In this document: piece by piece, positions 62,840 to 63,547 of the stretch
Numbering within the stretch: the stretch's first letter is position 1
How the letters are laid out: each line of letters starts with the position of its first letter
Assembly (NCBI RefSeq): GCF_001194135.2
Contig: NC_068994.1
Coordinates: 9,583,713-9,647,259, forward strand
Direction: 5' to 3'
Length of the DNA stretch: 63,547 bases
From: Octopus bimaculoides
Lineage: Eukaryota
Translations under genes and position numbers: made by a program
The notes under the pieces: model-generated
Told to the model about the DNA's origin: nothing
The model's database searches: none
Seen by the model: only the letters and a program-made list of their open reading frames with translations

Positions 62840-63547
62840 AGTATGTGTGTGCGTGTCATTAATATGGAATATCAGAAATAAGTTTCTGTCCAATATATCT
62901 ATCGATAAAGTATCTGCCAAATATTCTTGAAAGCATATTTACGTATTTACGTTTCAAATATTTAACGATAAATGTCTACAAAATATACATAAACCATATA
63001 CACATGAGTGTGTACACACATACACGCACACACGCGCGTGCGCACGCACGTGCATACATACACACACACGTATATCAATTTTCTTGAAGAACATTCCTCA
63101 TTTGCTATATTGACGTATATTTTTGAGTGAATGTTTTACTGAAAACAACTTCTGCACTGATTACCTTAGAAATGTGTTTCTTCCGTTAACAGAGACCACG
63201 TATAATGTGCAGAATGAAATAGATATACGCATATGCTTAGGCTCTACACTCACTTTCTTTTTCTCAATTCCTTACCTTTATAATATATATATGTTCCCTA
63301 CTGCTTGACTCCTACGCAGATGTGAATAATCATTTTATTTAATTATGAATAAAGTTTGATTAAATTGTTAATATCAGTAAACAGCTCACCACTTAATATG
63401 TACATCATCACAAGTACTTACATATTAATGTATACGGAACGCACACACACACACACACATACAAAACATAGGAGCGCGCACATTTTTAATTCTTATATAT
63501 GCATTAGATTATGCATAGTTATATGTACGTATATGTCATATATATAT

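Noticed and set aside
9278-62859. Long ORFs of 100-340 aa in the ORF track
   Set aside because: They are made of X from N-gaps and of YI, CV or HT dipeptides from (AT)n and (GT)n; they are not genes.

Overview
AT-rich, repeat-dense animal genomic DNA from a gapped short-read scaffold: 21 N-runs, about 6.85 kb (about 11%), nearly all flanked by microsatellites. The mix of tRNA-headed SINE families, R4/Dong-like LINE debris and dense (AT)n/(GT)n tracts resembles an octopus (coleoid cephalopod) genome. That assignment is inference from recall, not a search. I find no intact, recognisable host protein-coding gene; almost all listed ORFs are microsatellite, N-gap or SINE artefacts, so the window is probably intronic or intergenic. 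Supported content: about 30 full or partial copies of three SINE families (my labels A, B, C), several fragments of a restriction-like-endonuclease (R4/Dong-type) non-LTR retrotransposon, one dead mariner transposase fragment, a foldback/MITE-like palindrome and many microsatellites. I cannot demonstrate a new biological system. The best leads are structural: a densely base-paired, pseudoknot-capable segment of about 140 nt (19535-19678), two pre-miRNA-sized hairpins in unique sequence (54184-54240, 58319-58368), LINE fragments flanked by trinucleotide microsatellites, a SINE trimer with a repeated 19-nt spacer, and a few splice-site-bounded candidate (micro)exons. All base pairings were derived by eye, and no folding or database search was run.
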